21,189 nucleotides of DNA, taken from Octopus sinensis. Taxonomy: Eukaryota. The notes below the pieces were generated by a model that was given only the letters and a program-made list of their open reading frames with translations, did no database searches and was not told the origin of the DNA. Of this stretch, positions 1-12,185 are shown one piece after another. The DNA lies in NCBI RefSeq assembly GCF_006345805.1, contig NW_021823790.1, forward strand, positions 1 to 21,189, in the 5' to 3' direction. Position 1 is the first letter of the stretch. The number at the start of each line of letters is the position of its first letter. The translations under genes and the position numbers were made by a program.

Positions 1-242
1 AATAAACTTGACTTAATAGGCACAATGAATTACTATTATCCATAGGCTGAAACAGCAGTAATGATTTTATAATTTATATTCATGTTTTTTTTTAATAACT
101 ATTGCATTCTTATCTTATATGCATTGAATAATATACTATATGTATGTATGTTATTTATAGTTGTAGTTGTGATAAATAAGTCGACATTTTAATATCAAAA
201 GTTGATGAACCAACTAATGTGCTTCTCCATTTTCTTATTTGT

Positions 243-243
243 A

Positions 244-275
<32 letters not shown>

Positions 276-284
276 TATATATAT
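243..284. repeat. (TA)n microsatellite
   Basis: Direct TA dinucleotide run, immediately left of the mariner remnant. Confidence 0.95.
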
Positions 285-285
285 T

Positions 286-557
286 TGCGACGCTGGGCTG
301 AAAAGTTCATAGGATGACGAACTGGTTGTTCACCCAGTCTATTCGGCTGACCTGGCTCCATTCTCTTGTGATGTAGCATCGCAGTGAAGATGATACCATA
401 TTTGCTGTTGATGACTTTTTGACCAACAAAATTACAGCTTCTTCACCAAAGGGATCCAAGCAGCTGCAACACGAATGGAAGTAGGGTGTGGACCTATTTG
501 GTCACATTCCATAAGAGCATCTTTGTCAGCTGATGAAGAATTTAGCCGACACTCGTA
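286..557 (+). mobile_element. Internally deleted mariner (Tc1/mariner) DNA transposon remnant, MITE-like
   Basis: 319-360 translates ELVVHPVYSADLAP, the mariner (F)ELLxHPPYSPDLAP(SD) motif. About 386-493 gives EDDTIFAVDDFFDQQNYSFFTKGIQ, then after a 1-nt shift LQHEWK*, resembling the mariner C-terminal helix (GIxxLxxRWxKC). Degenerate 33-bp TIRs at 286-318 and 525-557 match at 21/33; the right end is CTCGTA. Confidence 0.85.
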
Positions 558-575
558 CTTATAAAGACAGAGTGT

Positions 576-662
<87 letters not shown>

Positions 663-917
663 GGATGGATGGTTGGATGGAGGCATGGATGGATGGGTAG
701 ATGGATATAGAGATAGATAGATAGATAGATGGGTAGATGGATAAATGAGTAGATGGATAGATACATAGATAGATAGACAAACAGATAGATAGATACATAG
801 ATAGATGGACAGACAGACAGACGTGTGTATGGACAGAAGGGTTAGACGGGTAGACGGATAGACAGATAGACGGGTAGGTGGATAGATGGATAGATAGACA
901 GACAGATGGATGGATGC

Positions 918-1007
<90 letters not shown>

Positions 1008-1075
1008 GGATAAATAGATAGATAGAGGGATGGATGAATAGGTAGATAGATAGATGGGTAGAAAGATAGATTAAT
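576..1075. repeat. Compound (GATA)n/(GATG)n/(GACA)n tetranucleotide tract
   Basis: Direct repeats; source of the YLSI-type spurious ORFs. Confidence 0.95.
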
Positions 1076-1255
1076 TAAACGACATACATGCAAGTAAACT
1101 CAGTCACATATGTACTAGCATTTTTGTGGTAAATAGGAATGGCACGTGGATCTCGGTTGCGCATGAGTATGTGCGTTTGTGTACTTGTACGTAGGGGATG
1201 CTTGAGTGTACGCCTCTTTGTATTCGTCTTTGCTCACATCACATTCTCTAACCTT

Positions 1256-1360
1256 GCGGTTCGACAAAATGATCGAACGAAAAACCTTACTATCAAAATA
1301 CAAACAGTACCTGAGATCAATTCTGTTGAACCATAATCTTTAAGGCGAGCAAATGACTGA
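1256..1360 (+). mobile_element. Old 3' fragment of the CORE-type SINE family (family B)
   Basis: GCGGTTCGACAAAA...AAGGCG...AAATGACTGA aligns loosely to 20573-20690 of the full copy in this window. Confidence 0.55.
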
Positions 1361-1476
1361 TGCTAGGAGAAGAATGATCGAGTAGGGGCTACTGCAGTTT
1401 CTCCCTTAGCTTCAATATATTCCTATGTGTGGTCATAAAGTTTAAAAGCTACGGTAGGATCACGTATGTATAATGC

Positions 1477-1607
1477 ACACACACACACCACATATATATG
1501 TGTGTGGTGTGTCTATGATAGATATGGATGTATACGGATATATATATATAATATATATATATATATATCTATATATATATAATATTATATATATATATTA
1601 TATATAT

Positions 1608-1640
<33 letters not shown>

Positions 1641-1706
1641 TATATATAATATATGTATATATATATACATATATAATATATATATATATATATACCACAC
1701 CCAACG

Positions 1707-1769
<63 letters not shown>

Positions 1770-1866
1770 CTATATATATATAATTAAGGTGGCTAGACAA
1801 GAGTGCGTGTGTGTGTGTGTGTGTGTGCGTGTGTGCGTTTGAGTGTGTGCGTTTGAGTGTGTGTGT
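1477..1866. repeat. Compound (CA)/(TA)/(TC)/(GT) dinucleotide tracts
   Basis: Direct repeats. Confidence 0.92.
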
Positions 1867-2197
1867 CTATGTCTGTATTTCTCCGTATTTCTATGAGGTG
1901 AAGACGCTGACAAGATGGCGGTTGTTAGTGAAGGAGTTGCCGGGAGTTGTTAGTTTGATTTGTCAGTGAGATAAGAAGACATTGAAACGAAGGTTTTTGT
2001 GGTTTTAATAAGGTAAAGGTTGACTCTGTGCCTCCCCACACGCGACATCTTCACCTTTCCACCCTCCCCTTCGCTCACATGTACGTAGAATCTATTGTGT
2101 TGGTCATAACGGCAATAATGGGGACTGGTAAATAGCGTCTAGACAGGCCAGCTGTCGTGTGATTAGCCCGCAGTGGTAAAGAGATGGAGGACGAGGT

Positions 2198-2774
2198 AGA
2201 GAGAGAGAGAATGAAGAGAGAGAAGCAAAGCGGGGGTGACAGGCAGAGAGAAAGTGATGGAGTTGGAAAGAGAGCGGGGGTGGAGGAAGTTGTGAAAAGG
2301 GAGAGAGAAAGGGAGAAAGAGAGAGAGAGAGAGAGAGGAGAGAGAGTGTGTGTGTGTGTGTGTGTATGTGTGTGTGTGCGTGAGCGTGCTTGTAGGTGTT
2401 CGTATAAGTTTTTAATGTGAGTGTATTTGTTTTTTTGTAGGATCGAACAAATATAGAATGATGGATATACAGAAAGAAAATTAGAAGAGCGAGAGAGAGA
2501 GAGAGAGAGAGTGAGAAAGAGTGTGACAGAGAGCGAGCAAACAGACGGACAGACACATAGCTAGACAGAGGGACAGAGAGACAGACAGCCAGACAGTCAG
2601 ATAGATAGAGAAAGAGTGAAAGAGAAAGAGAGAGATACACAGAGATAATGAGAAGAGAGTGGAAAGAATGATAGAAACAGATAAACAGACATACAGGCAG
2701 ACAGACATATAGATAGATAGATAGATATATAGAGAGAGAAAGAGACAGTCAGACAGACGGATAGATGGACAGAC

Positions 2775-2825
<51 letters not shown>

Positions 2826-2859
2826 TAGATAGATAGATAGATTATTAGATAGATAGAAA

Positions 2860-2891
<32 letters not shown>

Positions 2892-2971
2892 TGATAAACA
2901 GAGACAAAAAGAAGAGAGGGGAAAGAAAAAGAAAGAAACTGACAGACGGTCAGACAGACAGACAGACAGGC

Positions 2972-3040
<69 letters not shown>
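2198..3040. repeat. Compound (GA)n, (GT)n, (GACA)n, (GATA)n tract
   Basis: Direct repeats, purine-rich on the + strand. Confidence 0.92.
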
Positions 3041-3041
<1 letters not shown>

Positions 3042-3619
3042 CGATTAAGCTAGTAATACAAGAGAAGAGAGGGCGAGGAAAGTGATAATGAACGATCGAG
3101 TTTAACGGCGATGTTGTTTAAGGCGGGGAAGTGACAGACGGCGGATAGTTAGTGATTGAGGGAGAGCGAAAAGTGATGAGGAAAGATCGAGTAATTAAAA
3201 GAAATTCTACAACAGATAGAGGAATACGTAGAAAATATTTTAACAATGTATATTTATGAGAGAGAAGACGTATAAAAGAGGAAAAGGCAATGAGAACGAA
3301 AGAGGAAAGAGTATCGAATGAAAATGCGATAATGGGGGAGAGAGGGGGGGAAAAGAAAAGAAAGACAGGAAAAGAAAGAGGGAGAGACATAGCGGGGAAA
3401 TAAATGAAAGAGCGTGTGAGAGAGTGTAGGGGAGGAGGGAGAAGGGACGAATGAGAGAGAGGAGGAGAGAAGTGCAGGGAAAGCGGGGAGTGAGGTATTC
3501 ATTGAAAATGAGCCTTCGTAATCTCAGTTGAAACACGAAAATACGATACTCAGTGCAGCAAGGGAGAAAAAGCTCTAGCTTTGAATAAAAACTGCTTTTC
3601 TTCTACCAATACATGCGTT

Positions 3620-3655
3620 TGGTGTGTGTGTGTGTGTGTGTGTATGTGTGTGTTC

Positions 3656-3693
<38 letters not shown>

Positions 3694-3826
3694 GTGTTTG
3701 TGGTGTGTGTGTAATATATATATGTATATATATATATATGTATATATATGTATATATATATATATACCTATATATATATACATGTGTGTATGTGTGTATG
3801 TGTGTGTGAGTGTGTGTTTGTGTGTG

Positions 3827-3863
<37 letters not shown>

Positions 3864-4063
3864 GGGGTGTAGGTGTGTGTGTGGGGGTGTATTATATAGC
3901 GCCTCCAGCTACACAGACAAATCCTGGTAGACCCGCCAAACTATTCACTACAAACGAACACGACTTATCTTGAATTTCCACACACACACGCACACACACA
4001 TACACACACACACACACACACGCACACACACATACACACACACACACACACACGCACACACAC
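3620..4063. repeat. (GT)/(TA) tract 3620-3890 and (CA)n tract 3979-4063
   Basis: Direct repeats separated by a unique island of about 85 nt. Confidence 0.92.
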
Positions 4064-5393
4064 ATGTAACTGGGTGAGTCATTGCTCATTACTCAGAGTA
4101 ATACAGAGTGATGGACATACATATATACATATATACATGCATGCGTGCATAGATACACATATGTGTATATACGTTGTAAATCACACAGTACAGAGCTAAA
4201 AGTAGATGTATCAACAATGGATTCACAAGACGCTGGTCAAGTGGAATATACTAGAAAAGCTATAATCTGCAAGTTAACATTGTTGCTTGAAACGGATAAC
4301 CATATAAATTTAATTCGGGTAACATGTGTGACATTTAAAGACAGATATACGTAGAATATACACTCGTTTCGAAATATAAACGAAGACTCATTTGTGGGCT
4401 ATGATCAACAAATAAAGAGGACCGTAAAAACCAATGCAATCTTTTACTTATATAATTTGTGAGGTGCAGCTTGTTCACTGCTGAAAAATATTATATATTT
4501 TGGCAACCGAATATATTTGATCAACAGACGAGTAAGGTGATAAAATAATGCAAATAACAGCTTAGTTCTGAATTGTAATGAGGTTAAATATCTAGTGACG
4601 TCAAAGCAACTGAGCTGGCAATTGTACCACTGCAGTACGAAATACGACACCGTAAACACTACAGCTTATGTAGGTAAAGTAAAATATTTGACGAATTAAC
4701 CAATGAATACGAACGACAATTTACAGATTACAATAACTGAAAAACAGCGGAACAGAATGAAATTTAGCGACATCAGGCAGAAACTGCACAAGGTTGTACT
4801 ATGAAAATTGAAGTGATTACGAATTTAGTGAAACCGAATATAATCATAAAAATTGACCAGGTCGTAAATAACGTTAACAGGGCAATACTTAGTAAGATAT
4901 GCGGTAATACAATAGCGGTAAAATACAGTGTAATATATGGTTTAATGCCGAAATTGTGGGACAGACTGGGAATGTAGAGACTGGAAGTAGGCAGGGGGAG
5001 ACTTTTTGCGTTTGCGAGAGTAATGATCGTGCTAAATGAATGTGTGCGGAAGAGGAGAAGGGAATGAGATGTCGAATAGAAAAAATGGGATATAAATAAG
5101 TAGGTAAAAAAAGGAATGAGTTGGACGGAATCGTGTATACTTGAAGGGAATTATTTTGAGGCAGGAATGAAGTGAAGGAGGCACAAATGGGTCTGAGTGA
5201 GAATGAGTATGGGGAAGGTATTGAAAGTTTGGAGTGGGAATGCGAGTAGGGACTGATATGAAGATGTGGGGACAGGGAAAATTTGTGGGACGGGAATGAG
5301 AGAGTTTGAGGGAATGAGTTTGCGGGACAAGAAAAAGTGTGTGGCAGGAAATGCGTATGCAGGAAGTGAACGAGTGTATGCTGCGGGAATAAG

Positions 5394-5441
5394 TGTGTGG
5401 GATAAGAATGAATGTGTGGGATAAGAATGAATGTGTGGGAT
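5394..5441. repeat. 19-bp tandem repeat, about 2.5 copies (TGTGTGGGATAAGAATGAA)
   Basis: Units at 5394-5412 and 5413-5431, partial at 5432-5441, within a purine-rich region with recurrent GGAATGAG motifs. Confidence 0.85.
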
Positions 5442-5639
5442 GGGATCGCCTATTTGGGAGAGGAATTAGTGCGGAGGACGGCAGAGTGTTGCGGGGTAAG
5501 AATGAGTAATTGGGAAAGAAAAGAGTCTACCAGCTGGTGATGGATGTGTTGTGGGGAGAATGAGTATCAGGAGAGAGAGATGTGTGTAGGGTGACAGCAA
5601 GAGATGTGAAACTTTCTGGTGGTTTGCAATGTCGATAAG

Positions 5640-6290
5640 CAATGTAATGACGACGGTGGCGGCAGTGTTGATGAGGTGGTGGTCGTCGTATTGGTGGTGA
5701 ATAGTGGTGATGATGATGATAATGAAGAAGAGGATGATGACAATGATGATGATGATGATGATGTAAGTTGGTAACATACTGATTACATTGAGGATCAAAA
5801 GGGCAAATAAGATAAAGAGAATGGTTGTGTTGTTGTTGACAATGTTGGTAATAGTGAAGACGGCCGTTCGAGTTGAGAGTTTTGCTGATAATGTAGGGAA
5901 GCAGACGACAATGATGACGATGATAAGGATGATGACGACGACGGGAGTGGCAGCGGCGACGATGCTGACGTTGATGATAATGCCTACTATGACAATGACG
6001 ATGATGATGACGACATTCCGGACAATGATGACGTTAGGATATACGTTGTTGTTGGTAGTGGTGGTAATAGCCACGGTAGTGTTGGTGGCGGCGACGGTGG
6101 CGGTGGAGGAGGGGGTGCTCTGTACTATTGTTGCCGTGATTAATGTCTTATTTGGTTTCTTCGGTGAGATCAAAAGGTGATTGCGCTAATAATTGTAGTA
6201 GGGGTGGTGGCAGTGGTGGTAACGTTAATGGAAATAAAGGTGGTGATGATGGTGGTGGTGGTGTAAGTGTGGTAGTGTGTTCAGTTTCAA
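5640..6290. repeat. Degenerate trinucleotide low-complexity region (GAT/GAC/GGT/GTT)
   Basis: Imperfect triplet runs throughout; they explain ORFs 5466-6173 and 5788-6180. Confidence 0.85.
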
Positions 6291-6378
6291 TTGTGAATGG
6301 GGTATTTTTCTAGTAGTGGTCATGATAACGATGGTCGTAGAGAGGTAGATAGTTAGACAGGATGGCATCGGTGATAGC

Positions 6379-6388
6379 ATTATTATTA

Positions 6389-6455
<67 letters not shown>

Positions 6456-6462
6456 TATTATT
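6379..6462. repeat. (ATT)n microsatellite
   Basis: Near-perfect ATT run abutting the SINE 5' end. Confidence 0.95.
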
Positions 6463-6464
6463 AA

Positions 6465-6696
6465 GGCGGTGAGTTGGTAGAAACGTTAGCATACCGGACA
6501 AAATGCTTAGTGGCATTTCGTCTGTCGCTAAGTTCTGACTTCAAATTCCGCCGAGGTCGACTTTGCTTTTATCTTTTCGGGGTCGATAAATTAAGTACCA
6601 GTTACGCACTGGGGTCGATGTAATCGACTTAATCCGTCTGTCTGTCCTTGTTTGTCTCCTCTGTGCTTAGCCCCTTGTGGGTAGTAAAGAAATAGG
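6465..6696 (+). mobile_element. Full-length tRNA-derived SINE, family A (young-tail type)
   Basis: A-box-like TTGGTAGAAACGTTAGC, B-box-like CTTCAAATTCC, central GACTTTGC...TTTCGGGGTCGATAAATTAAGTACCAG, and tail TTTGTCTCCTCTGTGCTTAGCCCCTTGTGGGTAGTAAAGAAA. Highly similar to 12186-12356 and related to the copies at 16943-17858. Confidence 0.9.
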
Positions 6697-6728
6697 TAGA
6701 AAGGATTATTATAATTATTAACACTAGT

Positions 6729-7060
6729 TGTGGTGGTGGTGGTGGTGGTGATGGTGATAGGAGGTAGTGATAGTAACGGAGATAGTCATGTTGGTAGAGA
6801 TGATATTGGTAGTGTTGCTCGTAGAGGTGGTTGTGGTAGTAGCAGTGACGGTGGTGGGGATATTACAGTGCTCACACTAGTGTTGTTGCTTAGGGGTACC
6901 TTAGCGCAGTCCATAAAGTCGTTAATGTCGGTGTTGTTGTGGGGACGGTTAGAGAGGGCGTGGTTGCGGTAATAGTTACCCGGTAGTGGTATTAGTATGG
7001 GTGATAGTAGTGGTAGTGGTGGTACTGGTGATGGTAGTGATGGTAGTCCGAGGGTGTATG
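6729..7060. repeat. Degenerate (GGT)/(GAT)/(AGT) triplet tract
   Basis: Imperfect triplet runs. Confidence 0.8.
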
Positions 7061-7321
7061 GTATAGTGATTAGAGTGTTGTTTTCACAATTGCGTGATTA
7101 TGGCTTCAGTTCCTTGAACGGGTGATGCGTCGTGTTATCCGGTAGAACCCTTCATTTCACGACCCTTTGCGATCAGTTCGACACCCGACGTGTGGTACAC
7201 CGTGCACCCGTTCAAACACCGTCGGTTTCAACGAAGGGAGCGAGTTAATGTACAGCACATCATGTAACATTCCATCACTAGAGACAAATCATTCGGGCAG
7301 GTCGTTCGGCAAGAAGTCTAC

Positions 7322-7366
7322 TATGATGATGACGATGATGATAAGGACGGTAATGATGACGGATGA

Positions 7367-7397
<31 letters not shown>

Positions 7398-7794
7398 AGT
7401 GGTGATGGTGGTGGTGGTGGTAATGATAATAAAGATGGTGGTGGTGGTGGTGTTGATGATGATCGTCGACGTCGTCATCATCACCATCATCATCACCTCC
7501 ACCATCATCACCATCATCGTCGTAGTCGTCGACGTTGTCGTTATCACCACCATCACCATCATCATCGTCACCTTCATCACCATTCCTCCTTCTCTTCCTC
7601 CTCCTCCTCCTCCTTCTCATCATCATCATCATCATCATCGTCGTCGTCGTCGTCGTCAACATCACCTCCATCATCCTTGTCATCATCATTATCATCGTCA
7701 CCTTCATCGTTATCCTCTTCCTCATCCTCATCTAATCCACCACATCCTGCCCTAATCCACCTCCTCCTCCCCTAACCCACCTCATCATCATCAG

Positions 7795-7831
<37 letters not shown>

Positions 7832-7985
7832 GTCGTCATTGATGGAAGTGGGGTAGATTGTTGTGGTGATCGTACTGTGTAGTAGTGAATGCAGTATTGG
7901 TAGTAGTAGCATCAGTAGATGCAGTGGTGATGGTGATGGTGAAGGTGATGGTGAGGGTGAAGGTGATGGTGTTGATGAAGGTCGA
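7322..7985. repeat. Trinucleotide tract with two polarity switches: GAT/GGT (7322-7463), CAT/CAC/CGT/CCT (7472-7837), GAT/GGT/GTA (about 7850-7985)
   Basis: Read directly from the sequence; it produces poly-H/S/D/G/M ORFs on both strands. Confidence 0.9.
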
Positions 7986-8555
7986 CGTGCCAGTGATGAC
8001 CAACATTGGTGTCACAATCGGCGCGTCGAGCAAAATACCTCCCTTTAAGCCCTGCGTTTGCTTTGACTATTCGTCCTTTTAACAAATTTATAAACCTTAT
8101 GATGTTTGTGATCCAGCACGACCGCGTTCTCATGATTAGAAATACTTTATCTAATGCTTCCTTCGTATTTTGAGTAGATGCGGTTTTATTCGAATGGGTT
8201 TCGGCTGCCATTTCTAGCAGATCGAATAACCGCGTTACAGTTTCCCTCGGTAGTTGTTGTTGTTGCTGCTGCAGCTGCATTTGTTGTTGTTGTTCCTATT
8301 GATGTAGCTGTTGTTATAACTGGTCTTGCTATTCTTGTGCGCAGATCGAGAAGGCGACGAGATACAAGTTTATATTCTTATCGTTTCCTGTCACAGATAA
8401 GACTTTCAAACATTTAAATTTATTTTAGCCGTGTTCTTCATAAATTATATTTCGTGCCACACACGGACACGCATACACACCACACACACACAACACACAC
8501 ACTTAAACAGATATACACGACAAATAGGTTTCAATTATATTGTTTTGAAAGGCGC

Positions 8556-8849
8556 GTACCTCTTATATCGGTTTCTTTTGCCGAAAAGCTAAGTTTCAGA
8601 GAAGTAAACAAACCAACACCGGTTGTCAAACGGTGGTAGGAGACGGACACACATACACACTCACTCACAGAGACACACATACACATATAAGAGTATACGG
8701 TGGGCTTCTTTCAGTTTCCGTCAATCAAGTCTACACACAAGATTTTGCTCTGTCCGGAGCAATAGTAGAAGACACTTTCGTAAGGTACTCTGGGATAGAA
8801 CACAGGACTGTGTGATTGAGAATTATACTTCTTTCCACATAACCACGCC
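8556..8849 (-). mobile_element. CORE-type tRNA-derived SINE (family B), diverged, with internal CA tract
   Basis: Reverse complement is collinear with 20286-20610: GGGCTTCTTTCAGTTTCCGTC, ATAGTAGAAGACACTT, CCGGTTGTCAA, ATCGGTTTCTTTTGCCGAA. Confidence 0.8.
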
Positions 8850-8879
8850 GCTTTTTTCTTTCTTTTTGATGTATACATA

Positions 8880-9090
8880 AACACCTACACACACACACAC
8901 ACACACATACACACACACACACACATACACACACACACACACATACACACACACACACACACGAACACACACACCACACACACATGCACATAAATATATG
9001 TATATGCATATAGGCACATACACACAGAGACATAACATGTGTCCGGTTGCGTATGTGTGTGTATGTGTGTGCGTGTGTGCGTGCGTGCGT
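8880..9090. repeat. (CA)n tract followed by an oppositely oriented (GT)n tract
   Basis: Direct repeats, CA 8880-8990 and GT 9050-9090. Confidence 0.9.
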
Positions 9091-9434
9091 GTCTCTGACT
9101 GTGTCCACACTACAGTTCTTTCGTCGATGTTTGTGACATTTTCTGGTCACAAATAATTATCATCGTTCTTTCAGCCATGTTTTGAAAACCTCTACGTTAA
9201 AAGATTGTTTCCGCTAAGGGGTTTTAATACGTAGATGGTAAAAAATGGGTTACCTCGATTGATTAAACTTTGTTCAGGGTTAAGTATACAATTTTTCAAT
9301 TACTCACCCATTGTGATGTACGCCTAGAGTTCAACTAAAGACTTCCAGTCTATTTTCTACTCTTTCTCCATTGAATATTATAAAAATATGTTGAACCACG
9401 TGATCTAACAAACTTCTAGAATTGCATTACATTT

Positions 9435-9740
<306 letters not shown>

Positions 9741-9914
9741 CTCATACCTCTCTCTGTCTATTTATCAGCACTCATATACAAGCATACACACACACACATT
9801 CACACGTCTATAAACGCATACACGTCAATATTTATACATACTTACATACACGAGCACTCATAGACACATATTCTCAAGTAAACACAGAAATAGTGAATTA
9901 GTTACCATAAAAAA

Positions 9915-9918
9915 TACA

Positions 9919-9968
<50 letters not shown>

Positions 9969-10440
9969 AACCTATACATTTAAACTGACATACCAGCTTA
10001 AACCATACGCATATACGTACACAAAGACACACGCATGCGCACAATAACAGTCATAGATCAAGACACATACACTCAAAGTCACGCCTCCACACACAAGCTA
10101 ACCTACATAGACACACACATAATCATCTGTATATGTAATATTACACACAACCATACGTATTCAAATACACGCACAAAACCGCACACACACATATACCCAC
10201 ACACACAAAAACACGCAAACACACGTTTATATACACATCACCCGCATACACATACAAGCGTGGACATACTCATACACACACGTATACACACTCATATGTG
10301 CATACACCCGGACACATACGTACAATCATATACATGCACACATGTACTCCCATGTGTACTGACATACACAAACATATTTATATATATATTATATATATAC
10401 ATAACATACATACATATACATACATATATATATATTATAT

Positions 10441-10494
<54 letters not shown>

Positions 10495-10560
10495 CATATA
10501 ATGTTCATGCGTCACGTTCATACCCGTATATTCATGCACAGACATAGACACACATACACA
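9915..10560. repeat. (CT)n, degenerate (CA)n and (TA)n low-complexity region
   Basis: Direct and degenerate dinucleotide repeats. Confidence 0.85.
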
Positions 10561-10794
10561 TCTAGAATATAACGTGTTATTTATCATAAGTGTCTCAGCT
10601 GGCTCAGAATTAAGATCCTCCCACCCGGGTAGGTCGATAGCACCACCCTGACACCTCTACCCCCTTTTACAGAAGACTTCTATTCTTAGAGTTCAGTCTA
10701 ACCTGGGACATCCTAACATTGCATCACATAAAACATCACATGACACAGCATCACATGACATTAGGTCACATGACTTGACGTCATCCACCGTCTG

Positions 10795-11023
10795 AGTCTG
10801 TCTGTCTGTCTGTCTGTTAGGCTCCGAATCTTCCCCCCTCTCTCTCTCTTCCCCCCTCTCTCTCTCTTTCAATGTCTTCTGTGTCTGTCTCACCCTCATT
10901 CTCTCTCCCTCCTTTTATCTAATCATCTTTCCCCTCATTCCATTACTTTTCTCTGCCTCCGCCTCCTTTCTCTGTCTCTATCTATCTGTCTGTCTGCCTG
11001 TCTCGCTTTCACTTTCTCTATTG

Positions 11024-11070
<47 letters not shown>

Positions 11071-11073
11071 ATT

Positions 11074-11112
<39 letters not shown>

Positions 11113-11172
11113 CTCCTCTCTCCGTCCTTCCCCCTCTCTCTCTCTCCTCTCTCTCTCTCTGTCGTCCTCTCT
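10795..11172. repeat. Pyrimidine-rich (TCTG)n/(CT)n tract
   Basis: Direct repeats. Confidence 0.9.
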
Positions 11173-11245
11173 CCTTTTCAATCGCCCTATCACTTCTCTC
11201 AGCAGAAAGTGAGCAATGCTAGACAACAAAGCACCCACACAATGC

Positions 11246-11248
11246 GCT

Positions 11249-11323
<75 letters not shown>

Positions 11324-11636
11324 TACGTAAATGTCTATGCCGCATATGTACGTATATGTCTATGCGTCTGAATGTTATGTATATACCTATCAACTGATGT
11401 GTGTCTTTCACTATAGTTGTGTGCGCGTGAATGCGAGTGTGCGCGCCTGTGTGCATTCGCGCCCTTCCCGAAACACACACACAGACACCATTGTCAGCCT
11501 CAAATATATAATTGTATATGCATCAATATGTGCAAATCTACATGCATTTTCCTCCATATGCAAATATAATTTATATGATTGTGTATACATACATATATAG
11601 ATATGATAATAATAACATAATGTATAATTATATATA

Positions 11637-11684
<48 letters not shown>

Positions 11685-11996
11685 CATATATTTTTTTATA
11701 TGTATATACTTATGTGTGTATAAATGTCTAATATAATAATATGTATATACATATATATGTATATATATGCTTATATATATATATTTATATATATATATAC
11801 CTATAAATATTTACATGTATATATATCCCTAAGTATATATAGAAACATGTATACATGCATACACTTACACACATATTTATATATATACGTGTCTCTAGTG
11901 TATATGTATGTATATATATATGTACGTGTATGCATATGTATATCTATCTATTTATAAAATGTATCTGTCTATCTAACGGTCTCTCTATAAATAAAG

Positions 11997-12061
<65 letters not shown>
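11246..12061. repeat. (TA)n-rich tracts, perfect and degenerate
   Basis: Direct repeats; the last run (12001-12061) probably corresponds to the internal microsatellite of the adjacent family B SINE. Confidence 0.88.
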
Positions 12062-12064
<3 letters not shown>

Positions 12065-12185
12065 TGAGAAGGATTTAGTCGGCTCGAAGCTATAGAACTA
12101 GACACTTTTTTCAAGGGGCTATAAAATGGGACTGAACCCGGAACCATGTGGTTCGAAAGCAAGCGACTTATCACCCAGCTCTTCC
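12062..12185 (-). mobile_element. Family B SINE, tRNA head plus CORE-like part only
   Basis: GGGACTGAACCCGGAACCATGTGGTTCGAAAGCAAGC and GCTATAG...AGACACTT are the reverse complement of the head at 20286-20395. Confidence 0.82.

Noticed and set aside
1483-1512. Mirror-interrupted CA/GT hairpin ACACACCACA...TGTGGTGTGT
   Set aside because: Probably a trivial local template switch within dinucleotide repeats; too short to imply function.
4088-4102. 15-bp near-perfect palindrome ATTACTC-A-GAGTAAT near an AP-1-like TGAGTCA
   Set aside because: Single short occurrence; cannot be distinguished from chance.
5466-6180. 235-aa and 130-aa hydrophobic ORFs resembling membrane proteins
   Set aside because: Hydrophobicity comes from degenerate GAT/GTT/GGT triplets on opposite strands; there is no domain structure.
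7136-7157. TATCCGGTAGAACCC, faintly like the miR-10/100 family
   Set aside because: The seed does not match (ACCCUGU or ACCCGUA expected) and it does not sit in a canonical precursor arm.
7167-7775. 202-aa ORF with poly-D/G/H/S, resembling a transcription factor low-complexity region
   Set aside because: Starts at TTG, several overlapping frames on both strands are equally open, and no domain is present; explained by the triplet tract.
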